Of a stretch of DNA of 64,000 nt, positions 9,376 through 20,391 are shown piece by piece. Each line of letters starts with the position of its first letter. Position 1 is the first letter of the stretch. The position numbers and the translations under genes are program-made. Under the pieces are notes generated by a model. That model ran no database searches. It was not told the DNA's origin and saw nothing but the letters and a program-made list of their open reading frames with translations. The DNA comes from an uncultured bacterium (GTDB taxonomy: Bacteria; Chloroflexota; UBA5177; JANWHV01): assembly GCA_963729625.1 (NCBI GenBank), contig CAVSOU010000008.1, positions 960,001 through 1,024,000 on the forward strand, written 5' to 3'.

Positions 9376-11938
9376 CTACCCCGACAGGGCCCGGATCCAC
9401 GCCAGCTGGCGCGGGGGGTTAGGACTATTCAGAAACTGCCGCCACTGCGCGTCCGAGTAGCGCAGCTCCGCCTGTCGTAAACTCGTAGTAGCTGTACACC
9501 TGGCCGCGGGCTAGCCACTGCCAGCCGTCGATCGGCACCAGTACCCAGATGTCGTGCACGCGCCCTTCGCCGACTTCTAACACGCTCCCGTCCACGGGAC
9601 TGGTCGCTACGTCGGCGATCTCCGCCGCCTGTTGCGCCTCAGGACCCGTCAGTGGATCCGGCGTCCTGGTGAAGAACACACCCATCGGCCGGCCAAGCAC
9701 GGGCGAGGGATCGTGCAACAGGCGCTTCTGCGCCGCAGTCGGTCCCTTGCCCTGCAGCTCCTCCGTGGAAATGGCCGCGAAGGACTGCAGGCCGTCGCGG
9801 TAGACGCGCGCCGCCGCCGTCAGGGCACCGCGGTCGGAGCCCGGGAGGTGGCTGAGCAGACCGGCGGAGCGACTGACCGCCAGCAACCGATCGGTCAGCG
9901 CCAGCAAGTCCTTCCACGCGGCGGGAATCGGCTCGACGTAGCCGGTGCGGTAGATTGGCGCGGCGCAGGGGCCGCCTGCGCCATACCCGCCGTTCTGCGC
10001 GGCGTAGAGAATAGTGTCGTGCCGCAGCTCGGACCACGAGGCGAGTGCCGTCTGCAGCTCCTTATCGGCCCAGGCCGCCGTGTGCATCGCCGGCGGCGCC
10101 GCCTTCGGCATAGGCTGCGCCAGCGGCTTGAGCGCCGCCAGCCACTGCGCGTAGATCGTCGGCGCCTTCACGGCCTTCGCGAACGCCGGCGTCGCCTTCT
10201 TGAGCGCCGTCGCGTAGCGCGCCGAGGGTCCGGACTTCTCCGCGATCTGGGCGGCCCGCGGCGAGCCCAGCGCCGCCATCACGTCGAGTCCGCTCGGAAG
10301 ACCACGCGGATTGGACTTGGTGCCCACGTTCGGCCAGGTGAGCGCCGCCGCCAGGCTGCCGTCCGGCGTCTTGCGGGCCGGGAACAGCGACAGGGCACGG
10401 ACCCTGCTGAAGCCGGCCGTGTTCAGGTACGCAGGCGAGGCAAGCATGTGCACACGGCGCTGGAAGGCGGAGAGCTTCGACGCACTCCCCAGCGCGGCCG
10501 CCGAGGGCGCTTTGCCGTAGACCTGCTGCACGAGTCGAGCGAGATCGGGCATGGAGCTTCCCACCGGCTGGCCGATCAGCGTAGTGATCGGGTCGGCGAG
10601 CTGGTGCCAGCGCTGCAGCAGCGTCTGGCCGCCGGATTTCTTGCCGAGGAGCGCCGCCAGCAGTACCGCACGCTGCGCACCGGCCCGCGCCTGGGCGGGG
10701 GTTGCAACGTCTTTCTTCGCCTCCAGGGGCGCCTGCACCAGCGCCAGCCAGTTCATCGCTTCGAAGTAGGTCGAGAGATCCTGGGCGTAGGCGTAGTGGC
10801 CGCGCGGGGTGAACAGTCGGTAGTCAAGCGGGGCGCCCATAAAGGGGGATTGTGCCCGCCCACCGTGCCGGCTCACGAGCGCCACTTCCCGGGCCACTGC
10901 GCCGGTCTCTGCGCCCGGCACCGATCCCGAGGGAGGCGCAACGCCGAGGAGCTCGAGCGCCACGGCGAGGTAGGCAGCGTTCGACGCGTTGGCGGCAAGC
11001 GGGCCGGTTCCGCGCAGAGCTGACCGCTGGGCCTTGTTGGCCAGCAGCAGATCGCTCAACAGATTGGCCAGGCGAGGTCGCAGGCTGGACGACTCCGCAG
11101 CCAGCAGCGTGCGGTCGAACAGCACGTGGAAGGTATGCAGGCCGGCATCGATGGTGACGAACGAGGGAACGCTCCCACCTATATTCGCCCCATTGTTGTA
11201 ACTGCCACCGTCAAGGTAGAAATTGAGCGCACCGTAGCCCCGTGCATCGATGACGAAGCCGTTCCTGGCGAGGGCTTGCGGACGCGATCGCGTGGACGGC
11301 GGGTAAGAGCCAGTTACCTCTACGGTGCTCCGATCCACGGTGGAGGCGAGCGAGGCGGCGAACGGGCCGCCGATTCCCGCCTCCAGCGGTTGCGGTTTGG
11401 CGATCTCATCCGCGGAGGCCAGGTAAACGGGAACACGAGCATAGGGAGTGGCCGTATTGTCCAGCGTGTAGGTGCGCACGGTCGTGAAGCGGTTGGCGGC
11501 CGGCGCGGGTCCGCCCGAGCGCGGCGCGAAGGCAACACGGACGAATACCGTGGGCTGCAAGATAGCGCACGGGGCGCTCTCCTGACCGCTGGGAGGGAAG
11601 ATCACTTCACCCACCGTGGTGGAAATTTGCAGCACCGTGCCCGGATACTCGGCACGCTGCTGCGCGAGCCGCTGGGCGATGGCCGCCGCCTCCGCCGGCG
11701 TGGCAAGGACCGACAAGCACGCGGTCGACCCCGTGTCGAAGGTCTGCACCTCCGCCCGATCCAGCGAGGCGAAGAAGGCGCTGAGCGGGTCGAGAGTGGA
11801 CGTTGCCGGGATCCGGCAACTGCTCGCCGCCCAGGCTGCCGGCAGCGCGTGACTGCCGTCGAACGGGACCAGGCTCGTAAGTATGAGACTCGCACAGACT
11901 GCCGACTTCACAAGTCGCCGCATATCAGGCATTGCCAT
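9376..11938 (-). CDS. DUF3160 domain secreted protein (frameshift ~9465 near C-terminus)
   Basis: LARNGFVI, FVTIDAGLHTFH, FTPRGHY, ALASWSELRHDTILYA, GYVEP, YSYYEF. The family-typical tail SDAQWRQFL..P.RQLAW continues in a shifted frame to TAG at 9376. Confidence 0.85.
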
Positions 11939-11951
11939 TCCTCGCTTTCAA

Positions 11952-13400
11952 TTACCGCGCGCCGGCGGGCTGGACGGCGGCTGCCGCGACGCCCCTGGCG
12001 AGCGGCGTCAGCGTGTGCCCTGCCAGCGAGTAGCGGTACACGTCGGCGGTGTCACTGCCCCTGGGCTTGGGCGCCACGATCAGGTAGCGATTGTCCGCCG
12101 TGAACTGCAGCGACATCATGGGCCAGCCGCTCAGGCTCACCGCCCTTAGCCGCCCTGCTCCCCTCGATCCTATGCTGCCGATTTGCACCGTCGTCGTGGC
12201 CGGAAACGGCGACGCAAAGGCGAAGGTGGCACCGCTCGCACTCCAGGCTGTGATGTAGCGCCCCACATACACGCCCATGTACTCCGCGTGTATCTGTTCG
12301 GTCTCGAGCACGGTCCGCTTGCCACTCGCCGACTCCAGCGCGATTCGCGCGGGCGAGGTGTCTTTCGTTCCCATGGCTGCCTCTCCCGGTGTCTCGCTCT
12401 GCACGAGCGCATATCTGCCGGTCGGCGCGACGGAGAGAAGCGGCAGCGCGCCGGATTTGGCCGCGCCTTCGCCGATCGCGTGCGTTACCTTGCCTTGCGC
12501 GTTCAGCAGCCAGCGGTCGTACAGGTAGCCGCTGCCGGCCGGGTTCTTCGCCCACGTGCTATTGTCATAGGTATCCTCGTAGTCACCCAGAGGGGTCACG
12601 GCGCGCGTCCGCATCGAGTACAAAGCGGCCTGCCCGAAGCAGCCCTGGTCGTGGAGGCAGTTCCCGTAGCGATGCAGGGCAATGTAGCGGTCGTCGGGAG
12701 ACCAGCTATCGGGAGGGCCGTAGTAGGACACTGCAACGGTCCGGCCCGTGGCAATATCGAAGACGGCGGTGGATGAGTTGACCGGAGGCGTATCCCGGCT
12801 ACTGTAGTTGGAGGCGCCGGCGGCGATCGCCAGGCGGTTGCTGTCGTGTGCCCACACCGCGACAGCATCCCCCATGGAGAGATCGTTCGCGAGTAACCGG
12901 ATGTGCCCGGACTGCTGGTCCCATAGCCAGAGGCTTGTGGTGGGCACCTTGGTGAATATCTCACCCCGGCTATAGGCGAGATAGCGCCCGTTCGGCGACC
13001 ACTCGAGCGGCCATAGGCACGGCCCGGTCCCATCCGGACACGAATCCGAGAACAGAGAGTGAAGCCTGCCTGTCGCGACGTCAAGCACGGCGAGCCGGTA
13101 CGTCTGCCCCAAGATCGTGTCACTCTCAGCGCTGATCGCCAGGTCACGGCCGTCCGGCGACCACGCGATCGACGTCACAGGCCAGGGCGTCGCGAACACT
13201 CGCGCCTTGCCGCCGGCGATCGGCTGCAGGTAAAGCCCCCGGCCCTTAGCATAGGCCAGCACCTGGCTCTTCGTGTCACCTCGCACCGGTCCGGCACTCG
13301 CCGCCAGGCCTTCGGCATGCACGTGCCATTGCGGCGCGGCAATGGTCGCGAGGATCCAGAGCAGAGTCGTCCGCCACCGCCATCGTCTTCCCATCTTCAT
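11952..13400 (-). CDS. secreted TolB/WD40-like beta-propeller protein
   Basis: Signal peptide; WSPDGRDLA, WSPNGRYLA, WAHDSNRLA, WSPDDRYIA. Paralogous to the middle domain of the 9368 gene. Confidence 0.8.
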   Translation of the reverse strand: MKMGRRWRWRTTLLWILATIAAPQWHVHAEGLAASAGPVRGDTKSQVLAYAKGRGLYLQPIAGGKARVFATPWPVTSIAWSPDGRDLAISAESDTILGQTYRLAVLDVATGRLHSLFSDSCPDGTGPCLWPLEWSPNGRYLAYSRGEIFTKVPTTSLWLWDQQSGHIRLLANDLSMGDAVAVWAHDSNRLAIAAGASNYSSRDTPPVNSSTAVFDIATGRTVAVSYYGPPDSWSPDDRYIALHRYGNCLHDQGCFGQAALYSMRTRAVTPLGDYEDTYDNSTWAKNPAGSGYLYDRWLLNAQGKVTHAIGEGAAKSGALPLLSVAPTGRYALVQSETPGEAAMGTKDTSPARIALESASGKRTVLETEQIHAEYMGVYVGRYITAWSASGATFAFASPFPATTTVQIGSIGSRGAGRLRAVSLSGWPMMSLQFTADNRYLIVAPKPRGSDTADVYRYSLAGHTLTPLARGVAAAAVQPAGAR

Positions 13401-13483
13401 CTCCAGTTGTCACTTTGCTTAGCCGAAGTAGCTGTATCGGTGATTGCTGCACCGTGAACGCGTCCTGCGCTCCAATCGGGCAC

Positions 13484-13516
13484 AGCATAGCAGCCTAGCA
13501 TTAGGCGAGCGTTAGG
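13484..13516 (-). promoter_or_regulatory. direct-repeat box plus extended -10 (#3)
   Basis: CCTAACG CTCG CCTAATG CTAGGCTGC TATGCT; heads the 13400-11938-9368 operon. Confidence 0.85.
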
Positions 13517-13858
13517 CGGCTTCGATAATCGAACGTCTCCAAGCAGGGCACGACTGGGCAAGTGCCGCCCGCGACGATTACTCTGGCGTGCACAGCCCGT
13601 TGACAGGTGATGGCCGGGCACTCGCACGGTATCTGTTACCCGCGTCGGCGCCGCGATCTGCGGCTCACGCGCAGCCTGGCTTGTCGCTCGCCATGACGGG
13701 CTCCGGATCTTGCCAACCCTTGGCGGAGCTGTGCGCGACCCGCGCTACCGCAGGCACATGCTGATAGCCGAGCGCTACACCGGCACAAACTGCCAGATCT
13801 GCCCGCTCGCTCAACGCGTGTACGCGGCTCCGTCGATTGGGCCAAGGCCAGCGCCGCG

Positions 13859-13891
13859 CCTAACGGCTGCCTAATGCCTCCGCGCTATAGT
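13859..13891 (+). promoter_or_regulatory. direct-repeat box plus -10 (#4)
   Basis: CCTAACG GCTG CCTAATG CCTCCGCGC TATAGT, upstream of 13953. Confidence 0.85.
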
Positions 13892-13952
13892 AGTCTTCAG
13901 CTTGGTCGTACGGACCAAGGTTGGGCTGTAGTGTCGAGCAAGGAAACTGAGC

Positions 13953-15813
13953 ATGATCAATTCGCTGAGCACGAGATCACTGTGCCGCGCCGCCTCGCTA
14001 TTGCTTCAACGTGTCCACTCCGCAGCGTTGCATCCGGATGTGCGCACACCTGCTGCGTGGCAACGCGAGCACCCGTGTTACGCGGCAACAAGACGAGGCT
14101 TGGCCGTCGCGGCAGTAGTCAGTGTAGTATCGATTGCGTCTGCTTCAGCACCTACCGGCGCAGCATTCTCCAGCACCGCCGATGCCAGCGCGGGCCAGGC
14201 ACGGAGTAAAGCGCCCTCGGTCACTGTCATTTCAATCAGCACGAGAACCAAGAGCTTCGATTTGCTGGGCAGCACGCAACTGCCACCGAATTGGACGTTA
14301 CCCGCCTACAACGACGCCGCGTGGGATGGGATGACGCCGGTGTCCGCAGATGTCCGCACATGCGTGAGCCAGAACATCGGCGCCTGGCACAACCTTCCCA
14401 CATATTGGGGCGCGTCACCGACTGAAACGTATCTGCTGCGGCAGAGCTTCATCCTCCCGGCGGCCAAGAGCTACTCGGGCAGCCGGATTACGGTAGGGAT
14501 TGACACCTACGTTTTCAGCGGGTCGACCGACACGATTTACGTCAACGGCACGCAAGTGGATCAGCCGAGTCACGAGTTCCTGCAGTCGTACGACATCGGC
14601 CAGCTGCTAGTGGCCGGCAGGAACGTGCTCGCCATCTACGCCAACCCCGCGAGGGACAGCCACACGCGTTTCAACGCACCCTGCAGTGCGGCTACCTTCC
14701 GCATCAATGTCGTTACTGGCAGCGCACGCGGGCACGTGATCGTTCCAAGTACCGCTGGCAAGGTACTCCGCTTCAGCATCAACTCCTCGACCAGAAGCTT
14801 CGATCTCTTGGCAGGAAGTCAACCCCCCCCAAACTGGACTAGCCCGATCTACAATGACGCCGCTTGGCAGAGCATGAGGCCGGTAACCGCAGACGTGCAA
14901 GCGTGCGTGAATCAGAACGTGGGTGCTTGGAACACTTACCCGAGTTACTGGGGCCAGATGCCCACAGAACCCTACCTACTCCGCCATACGTTCTATTTGC
15001 CAAGAGCCAAAGGCTACGGCGGCAGCTTCATCGTCGTAGGTGTGGACACCTACAACTTCAACGGCGCAGCCAATACCATATTCGTCAACGGCACGCAGGT
15101 TGACCAGCCGGGTCACGAGTTCCTGCGAGCTTACGATATCGGCCAACTGCTTTTGCCGGGCAAGAATGTGCTGGCCGTCTATGCAAGCCCATCCGCCGAC
15201 AGTCACTCACGGTTCGGCGTGCCTTGCAGTGCTGCCACGTTCCGGATCAATGCCGTGGCTGTCCAGCCTGGACCAGCGCCAACCGTGCCAACGTCGACGA
15301 GCCGCGTGGTTCGCATCGCAATCGGCCCCAGAACAAAGAGCCTTGACCTTGCGCCGGGCACGCAGCTACCAACCAACTGGATGGAAGTGCGCTACGACGA
15401 CTCCGCCTGGACGGGACTGCAGCACGTCACGGCGGACGTCCAGTCCTGTGTTCCAGCAGAACATCGGTGCATGGCAGCCGCTGCCGGGATACTGGGGCTC
15501 GGCTCCAACTGACGCATATTTGCTGCGCCAGTCGTTCAACTTGCCGGCTGCGAAGAGCTACGGAGGGAGCTTCCTCGTGGTCGGCATCGACACCTATAAC
15601 TTCAATGGCGCGGCAGACCCCATCTTCGTCAACGGTGCACCGGTGGACCAGCCGGGCCACGAGTTTCTACGGGCCTACGACATCGCCCAGCTTCTTGCAC
15701 CTGGCAAGAACGTTGTGGCTATCGACGCCAATCCAGCTTCCGACAGTCATTCGCGCTTCAACGTGCCGTGCAGTGCGGCCACGTTCATGCTGGATGCGGT
15801 CGTGACGCACTAG
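13953..15813 (+). CDS. secreted protein with three tandem galactose-binding/jelly-roll-like domains (frameshift ~15452)
   Basis: Three ~180-aa repeats: TKSFDL..PPNW..YNDAAW...YLLRQSF.LP...IYVNG...L.aG.NVLA...PCSAATF. The third is split between frames at TGTGTTCCAG. Confidence 0.75.
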
Positions 15814-16013
15814 GAGCGGGGCACGGCTGTGCAGGCTGCGCCGTTTAGCGACAGCGAACATAGCGTCGCCTTGGGCCGTTGCGCGACTCCGCGTTGACGG
15901 GCTCTCGATACATCGCCCTACAAGAGCCTTGACATAGAGAGAGTCGGATCAGGTCCAGACGCGCCGGCGTGGAAGTAGCTGGACCAGCTACAAGCAGGCA
16001 ACGAGGTGGACGG

Positions 16014-17525
16014 CTATGCGAGCGATGTGCGAGCCGTACTTCCTCGCCCCGGCATCGACGCCAGCGCCGCGATGCAAGGCGGGCTCACCGCCGGCCAGCG
16101 ATTCAGCATGCTCATATGGTTCACCGACTGGCATCTCTCGGGGGAGCCGTCCACCACGTTCAGGGTCTGAGAACGGCAAGCCGACCCCAGGGATACTCGA
16201 CGGCCCGCGATGCAATCGCCATCTCCCACGGCCAGGCAGCGGTCGGCGCTGAGGCAGGCGATGCCACGCAGAGCGTTGCCGGTGCCGGAAGACTGGGTGC
16301 TCCAGGACCTGCCGCCGTCGCTGCTCGCCAGGATGCTGCCATTTCTTTCCACAACCAGGCAGCGGTCGGCGCTGGGGCAGGCAATGCCAGACAGATCATT
16401 CGCGGCGAGGTAAGGCTGGCTGCTCCAGGACCTGCCGCCGTCGCTGCTCGCCAGGATGCTGCCATTTCTTTCCACAACCAGGCAGCGGTCGGCGCTGGGG
16501 CAGGCAATGCCAGACAGATCATTCGCGGCGAGGTAAGGCTGGCTGCTCCAGGACCTGCCGCCGTCGCTGCTGGCCAGGATGGTGCCGCGATCTCCCACAA
16601 CCAGGCAGCGGTCGGCGCTGGGGCAGGCAATGCCACGCAGACTGTTTCCTTGAGGTAGGGGGTTGCGCCATGCCCACAAGGCGCTTGTCCACACAATCGC
16701 CACCCGTGCGGAGCTCGCGGCAAGCGCGCCGCCGTCACGCACCTGCGCTGCGAGACTGGCCTGCTTGTCGGTTTTCAGGGACAGGTGAGCACTGCAGGAC
16801 GCTGTGTGCCCGCAATCCTTGATCGCTTGGCCGGAGGCCGTGTCCACGATCGCAAGCGTGTAGCGAGAGAAGTCGATGGCCTCATTGGCGCGCGCGACGA
16901 GTGTGACCGTGCCCCCCGGGCGGACCTGAGTCCTGTCGGTTGTAAGCTGCAAGTTCCAGTCCCGCCATGCCACGGGAACCGTGTCCGAGCGCGCCTGGTC
17001 GCCGATGGTCACGACGAAGCTCTCACTGGTCGGCTTGACGCGCATCGCGGTAGCGATGCATGTGCTGCCTTGCTGGCATACGGCCACCTGGGCGCCGGTA
17101 TCGAGGTCCTTGATCGTCATGAAGTGGGCGGAGCCGTCCACGCGCTTGTTCGCCTGAGCCGTCAGGCGCACTGCCGATCCGGTGCCGACGGACGACCAGT
17201 CTGCCTTCAGCGAGATCTGCCAGCCGGCATTCCGGTTTTGCACGACGAAGTACGCTCCCACGGCTAACAACGTAACGACTACCAGGGCAATCATCAGTGT
17301 GCGAGAACCGAGCTTTGGTGGGGTCGCGACAGGGCCTGCGGCGATACCGGGCTCGGCCGGCGCGCCTTCACTAGTTGCGGCGCCGGCAGCCTGGAGCCCC
17401 GTGCTCGCCGCGCCCTGCTGCTGCACCGCTGGTCTTTCTGGCCCGGCGTTCGCCACTTGCCGGCCACACGACCCACAGAAGAGGGCGGCTTCAGGCAGCC
17501 GTGCTCCACAGTTGCTGCAAATCAT
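16014..17525 (-). CDS. zinc-ribbon, TM, 2x Ig-like, BNR/Ycf48-like repeat protein, 3' truncated
   Basis: CSNCG...FCGSCG, a TM helix, then SDGGRSW BNR repeats. The repeats break off at ~16220 into unrelated sequence. Confidence 0.7.
   Translation of the reverse strand: MICSNCGARLPEAALFCGSCGRQVANAGPERPAVQQQGAASTGLQAAGAATSEGAPAEPGIAAGPVATPPKLGSRTLMIALVVVTLLAVGAYFVVQNRNAGWQISLKADWSSVGTGSAVRLTAQANKRVDGSAHFMTIKDLDTGAQVAVCQQGSTCIATAMRVKPTSESFVVTIGDQARSDTVPVAWRDWNLQLTTDRTQVRPGGTVTLVARANEAIDFSRYTLAIVDTASGQAIKDCGHTASCSAHLSLKTDKQASLAAQVRDGGALAASSARVAIVWTSALWAWRNPLPQGNSLRGIACPSADRCLVVGDRGTILASSDGGRSWSSQPYLAANDLSGIACPSADRCLVVERNGSILASSDGGRSWSSQPYLAANDLSGIACPSADRCLVVERNGSILASSDGGRSWSTQSSGTGNALRGIACLSADRCLAVGDGDCIAGRRVSLGSACRSQTLNVVDGSPERCQSVNHMSMLNRWPAVSPPCIAALASMPGRGSTARTSLA
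16298..16571. repeat. near-perfect 123-bp tandem repeat (41-aa BNR unit)
   Basis: TGCTCCAGGACC recurs at 16298, 16421 and 16544 with identical intervening sequence. Confidence 0.9.
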
Positions 17526-18371
17526 GTCTGGTCCCTTGCCCGGTTACGGCTCGGCGCGGTGACCTCACCGGACCTGGCGTGCGCCCGACTCGATTGCCCA
17601 AGTGACGCCGACCGCATCGCCGAGACGGTGATGCCTCGGTCCGCTGCCCGCGCGATGTGCCCAACGTGACATCGCTGGGCCGCCCCCCAGCCGCAGCACG
17701 AACTGGCCGCGAGAGCGTCCTCCAGCCCGCATTGTGCACTTCGAGCGGTCGGCGTTGCTGAGATTTGCGGCCCCCCGGGCCAGGCCATGCGCATGCAGCT
17801 ACGTGCCGGTACGAAGCCAAGCAGCACGCGCAGCCGGCCGAAAGAGGCATTGGTCACATGTGTCGGGAGCAACGGACTCGAATGTTTGCCCGCGCATCAT
17901 TCTCAACTCCGAATCTCTATCGAGGCTGAAGCTATGCAGAATCTTCCCGAGCGCGGCCGGTCGCTTCCTGCCCGCGTGGTCGTCGCCCCCGCCCGCGGCC
18001 CGGTTCAGCTCGAGCGCTCCGGCAACGATCCGGCCCAGCGACTCGTCCGCTCCGGCCAGCGCTTCAACGTGCACGTCTGATCCACCGACTGGCATCTCTC
18101 GGGCGTCTTGTCCACCACGTACGGTGTCCGAAAACGGCAGGCCAGCCTGCAGGGGCGAACGGCGGCCCGCAACGAAGTCGCGCATGCCTTACTCGGACAG
18201 GCAATCGGTGGTGGGCTGGCCCGCGTGGCACCCGGAGCATGCCGCTGGGCGTCGTCTCGAGCTTGACGCAGTTCCCCGCGCGGCCGCATCCTCGAGTCTG
18301 ACGCGACCAATGCGCAATGAAGCCGATGCCGCGCTCCGGCGATCGACGTCACCCACGACTTCGGGACGTCG

Positions 18372-18743
18372 GTGCGGCGGGTGACCGGAGCGCAGATGAC
18401 TTCCACCCAGGATCCCATCGCCGCCGGAAGGCCATTGCTGCACGACGGCAACCTGATCGCCCGCGCGGGCGCGGATCTCGCTGCCCGCTTCCAGCTCGCA
18501 GACCGGCTGATCGTCGTGTCCGGCAGTGGCGACATCCTGCACCTGCCTCGGGCGGTCTGCGATCTCGCCGGGCAGGCCGTAGACAGGGCATGCGAAGCAT
18601 TCCAGCGCATGAGCCTGGTGAGCAACGAGCAGATCACGCGCTACTACGAGTGCTTCGCCGCGCACCTCGCACCGGACGACATCTGGACGGCGATCGCCGC
18701 GCTATGTCGTTGTCGCTTCGGGGATGAATCGGCGGCTACCTAG
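18372..18743 (+). CDS. hypothetical protein (possibly 5' truncated)
   Basis: Protein-like composition (DPIAAGRPLL...GDILHLPRAV); no motif recognised. Confidence 0.4.
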   Translation: MRRVTGAQMTSTQDPIAAGRPLLHDGNLIARAGADLAARFQLADRLIVVSGSGDILHLPRAVCDLAGQAVDRACEAFQRMSLVSNEQITRYYECFAAHLAPDDIWTAIAALCRCRFGDESAAT

Positions 18744-18810
18744 CTACGCCGCTCAGCCATTGCTGCCTGACGCGTACTGTCACAACCACGCCACGTGGAG
18801 TCCTGCTGCT

Positions 18811-20307
18811 TCAACTGGTCGTCGTGTCCTGGCAGCTCCAGCTATAGGGATCGTTGATGTCGCCCACCACGGCCGTCGCGTTCATGTCCGCGAACTGCCA
18901 CTGGCAGGCCTCGTTCACATCGATATCCTCCCGATCGCCGTTGCTGTCGATGCAATGCCAGTCGTAGGCCGTCGAGCCGTCGAGACTGGCGCCCTGTCCG
19001 CCCAGATACTGGCAGTAGCCGTTGAGGTCCAGCGTTCCCAGGTTCGTGCCGGACGTCCCGCTGGATTGGCCCGAGGATGAACCGTCCTCCCATGTCACCT
19101 GCACCGGGTCCGACTGGGCGACCACGTTGCCGTCCACATCCGCGATCTGCGCCACGAAGCTGTCCGTGCCGGCGGCGTCGGCCTCCGCCGGGCCGGAACA
19201 GCTTTCGCCGCTACCGCACCCCGCGATCTGCATGCCGGTGCCCTGGTCGAGGATGACGATGTAGTACGGTGTCGGCCAGACGTCCTGGCTCGCCTGCGCC
19301 GTGAAATTGACGGTGTCACCGGCCTGCACGTCCGTCTGGTCCGCGCTCAGCGTCACGGTCCAGTCCCCGCCATCGTTGCCCTCGTCCGAGCTGCCTACCC
19401 AGGTGATCTGTTGCGGCGAGGACTGGGCCACGACGTTCCCCGACAAATCGGAGACCTCGGCCACATACGATGCGGAGTCCGTGCCGTCGAACGGAATCTC
19501 GGCGGTGCACGCGCTGCCATCCCCGCAGGTCTCCACGGCTTCGCCGCTCGACTGGTCGGTAATCACGATATAGAACGGGGTGAATGCCACATCCAGGCTC
19601 GCATCGGCTGTGAGGTTCACGGTTGTCCCCGCCGGCACGTTGGATGGATCGGAGGCATCCGTGGTGAGGCTGACGGACCAGAGATACGCCGTGTCGTCGA
19701 AGCCAGGTAAGTGGTTGTCAAAGTAGTCGTTAGGACGGCCAAGCGACAGGCTGGCCACCGGATCGTCCGGCAGAACGGCGCCGTAGGTTTGCAAGATCTT
19801 AACTGCTTTCGTCAAGCAGTCGTTCGCGGCCACAGTCGGATGGTGGAGCAGGTCCAGTATCCAGAACCCGCTCGTAGCTTGCTTGCCGACCTCCGTCTCC
19901 GCGTCAGTTACGTCCGCCTTCGGCGGTTTACCGCAGCGGTACTGAAGGTACGCGATACTGGCCGGCCTGCCGTAGGGACTTCCATTCGCGAACGTCTGCA
20001 AAAGGTCATTCCACGAGCCGTGCCTCTCCCAACTGTGTGTCCAGTCCCAACTTGGGTTCGGCTCATACTGCTTAGGATTGTTGTTGTTGGCCTCGGTGCT
20101 GCCGAAAGCCCAATCATTCTCGCCGTCAGCAAAGGCCCAGCCGACGTGCCCAAGGTCGTACACGTCATTCGGCGCATCGATCATGCAGACTCTGGCCCAT
20201 GAAGGGGCGGAACTCGCTGCTCGCGCACGATGGCTGGAAGGGGTTGTGAGCCCGACCAGCCCGGCAAGCACGAGCGCCCACCGGATGCACGCCAATATCC
20301 TTGCCAT
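18811..20307 (-). CDS. secreted protein: putative permuted papain-like domain, 2x Ig-like, Cys-rich C-terminal domain
   Basis: ATG 20307 with GGAGGGAG RBS; GHVGWAF ... NDCL; two W.V.L.aD...V..TA.A...Y.IVI.DQ..G....CG.G..C repeats; LDLNGYCQ...WHC...ACQWQ tail. Confidence 0.7.
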   Translation of the reverse strand: MARILACIRWALVLAGLVGLTTPSSHRARAASSAPSWARVCMIDAPNDVYDLGHVGWAFADGENDWAFGSTEANNNNPKQYEPNPSWDWTHSWERHGSWNDLLQTFANGSPYGRPASIAYLQYRCGKPPKADVTDAETEVGKQATSGFWILDLLHHPTVAANDCLTKAVKILQTYGAVLPDDPVASLSLGRPNDYFDNHLPGFDDTAYLWSVSLTTDASDPSNVPAGTTVNLTADASLDVAFTPFYIVITDQSSGEAVETCGDGSACTAEIPFDGTDSASYVAEVSDLSGNVVAQSSPQQITWVGSSDEGNDGGDWTVTLSADQTDVQAGDTVNFTAQASQDVWPTPYYIVILDQGTGMQIAGCGSGESCSGPAEADAAGTDSFVAQIADVDGNVVAQSDPVQVTWEDGSSSGQSSGTSGTNLGTLDLNGYCQYLGGQGASLDGSTAYDWHCIDSNGDREDIDVNEACQWQFADMNATAVVGDINDPYSWSCQDTTTS

Positions 20308-20391
20308 GCGTTTGCTCCCTCCCAGCCTGACGAGTGATGTTGCTGCCACGTTTTTCTTCGTCTGGACCCCTTCTGGCACGGCAGTGGGCAA

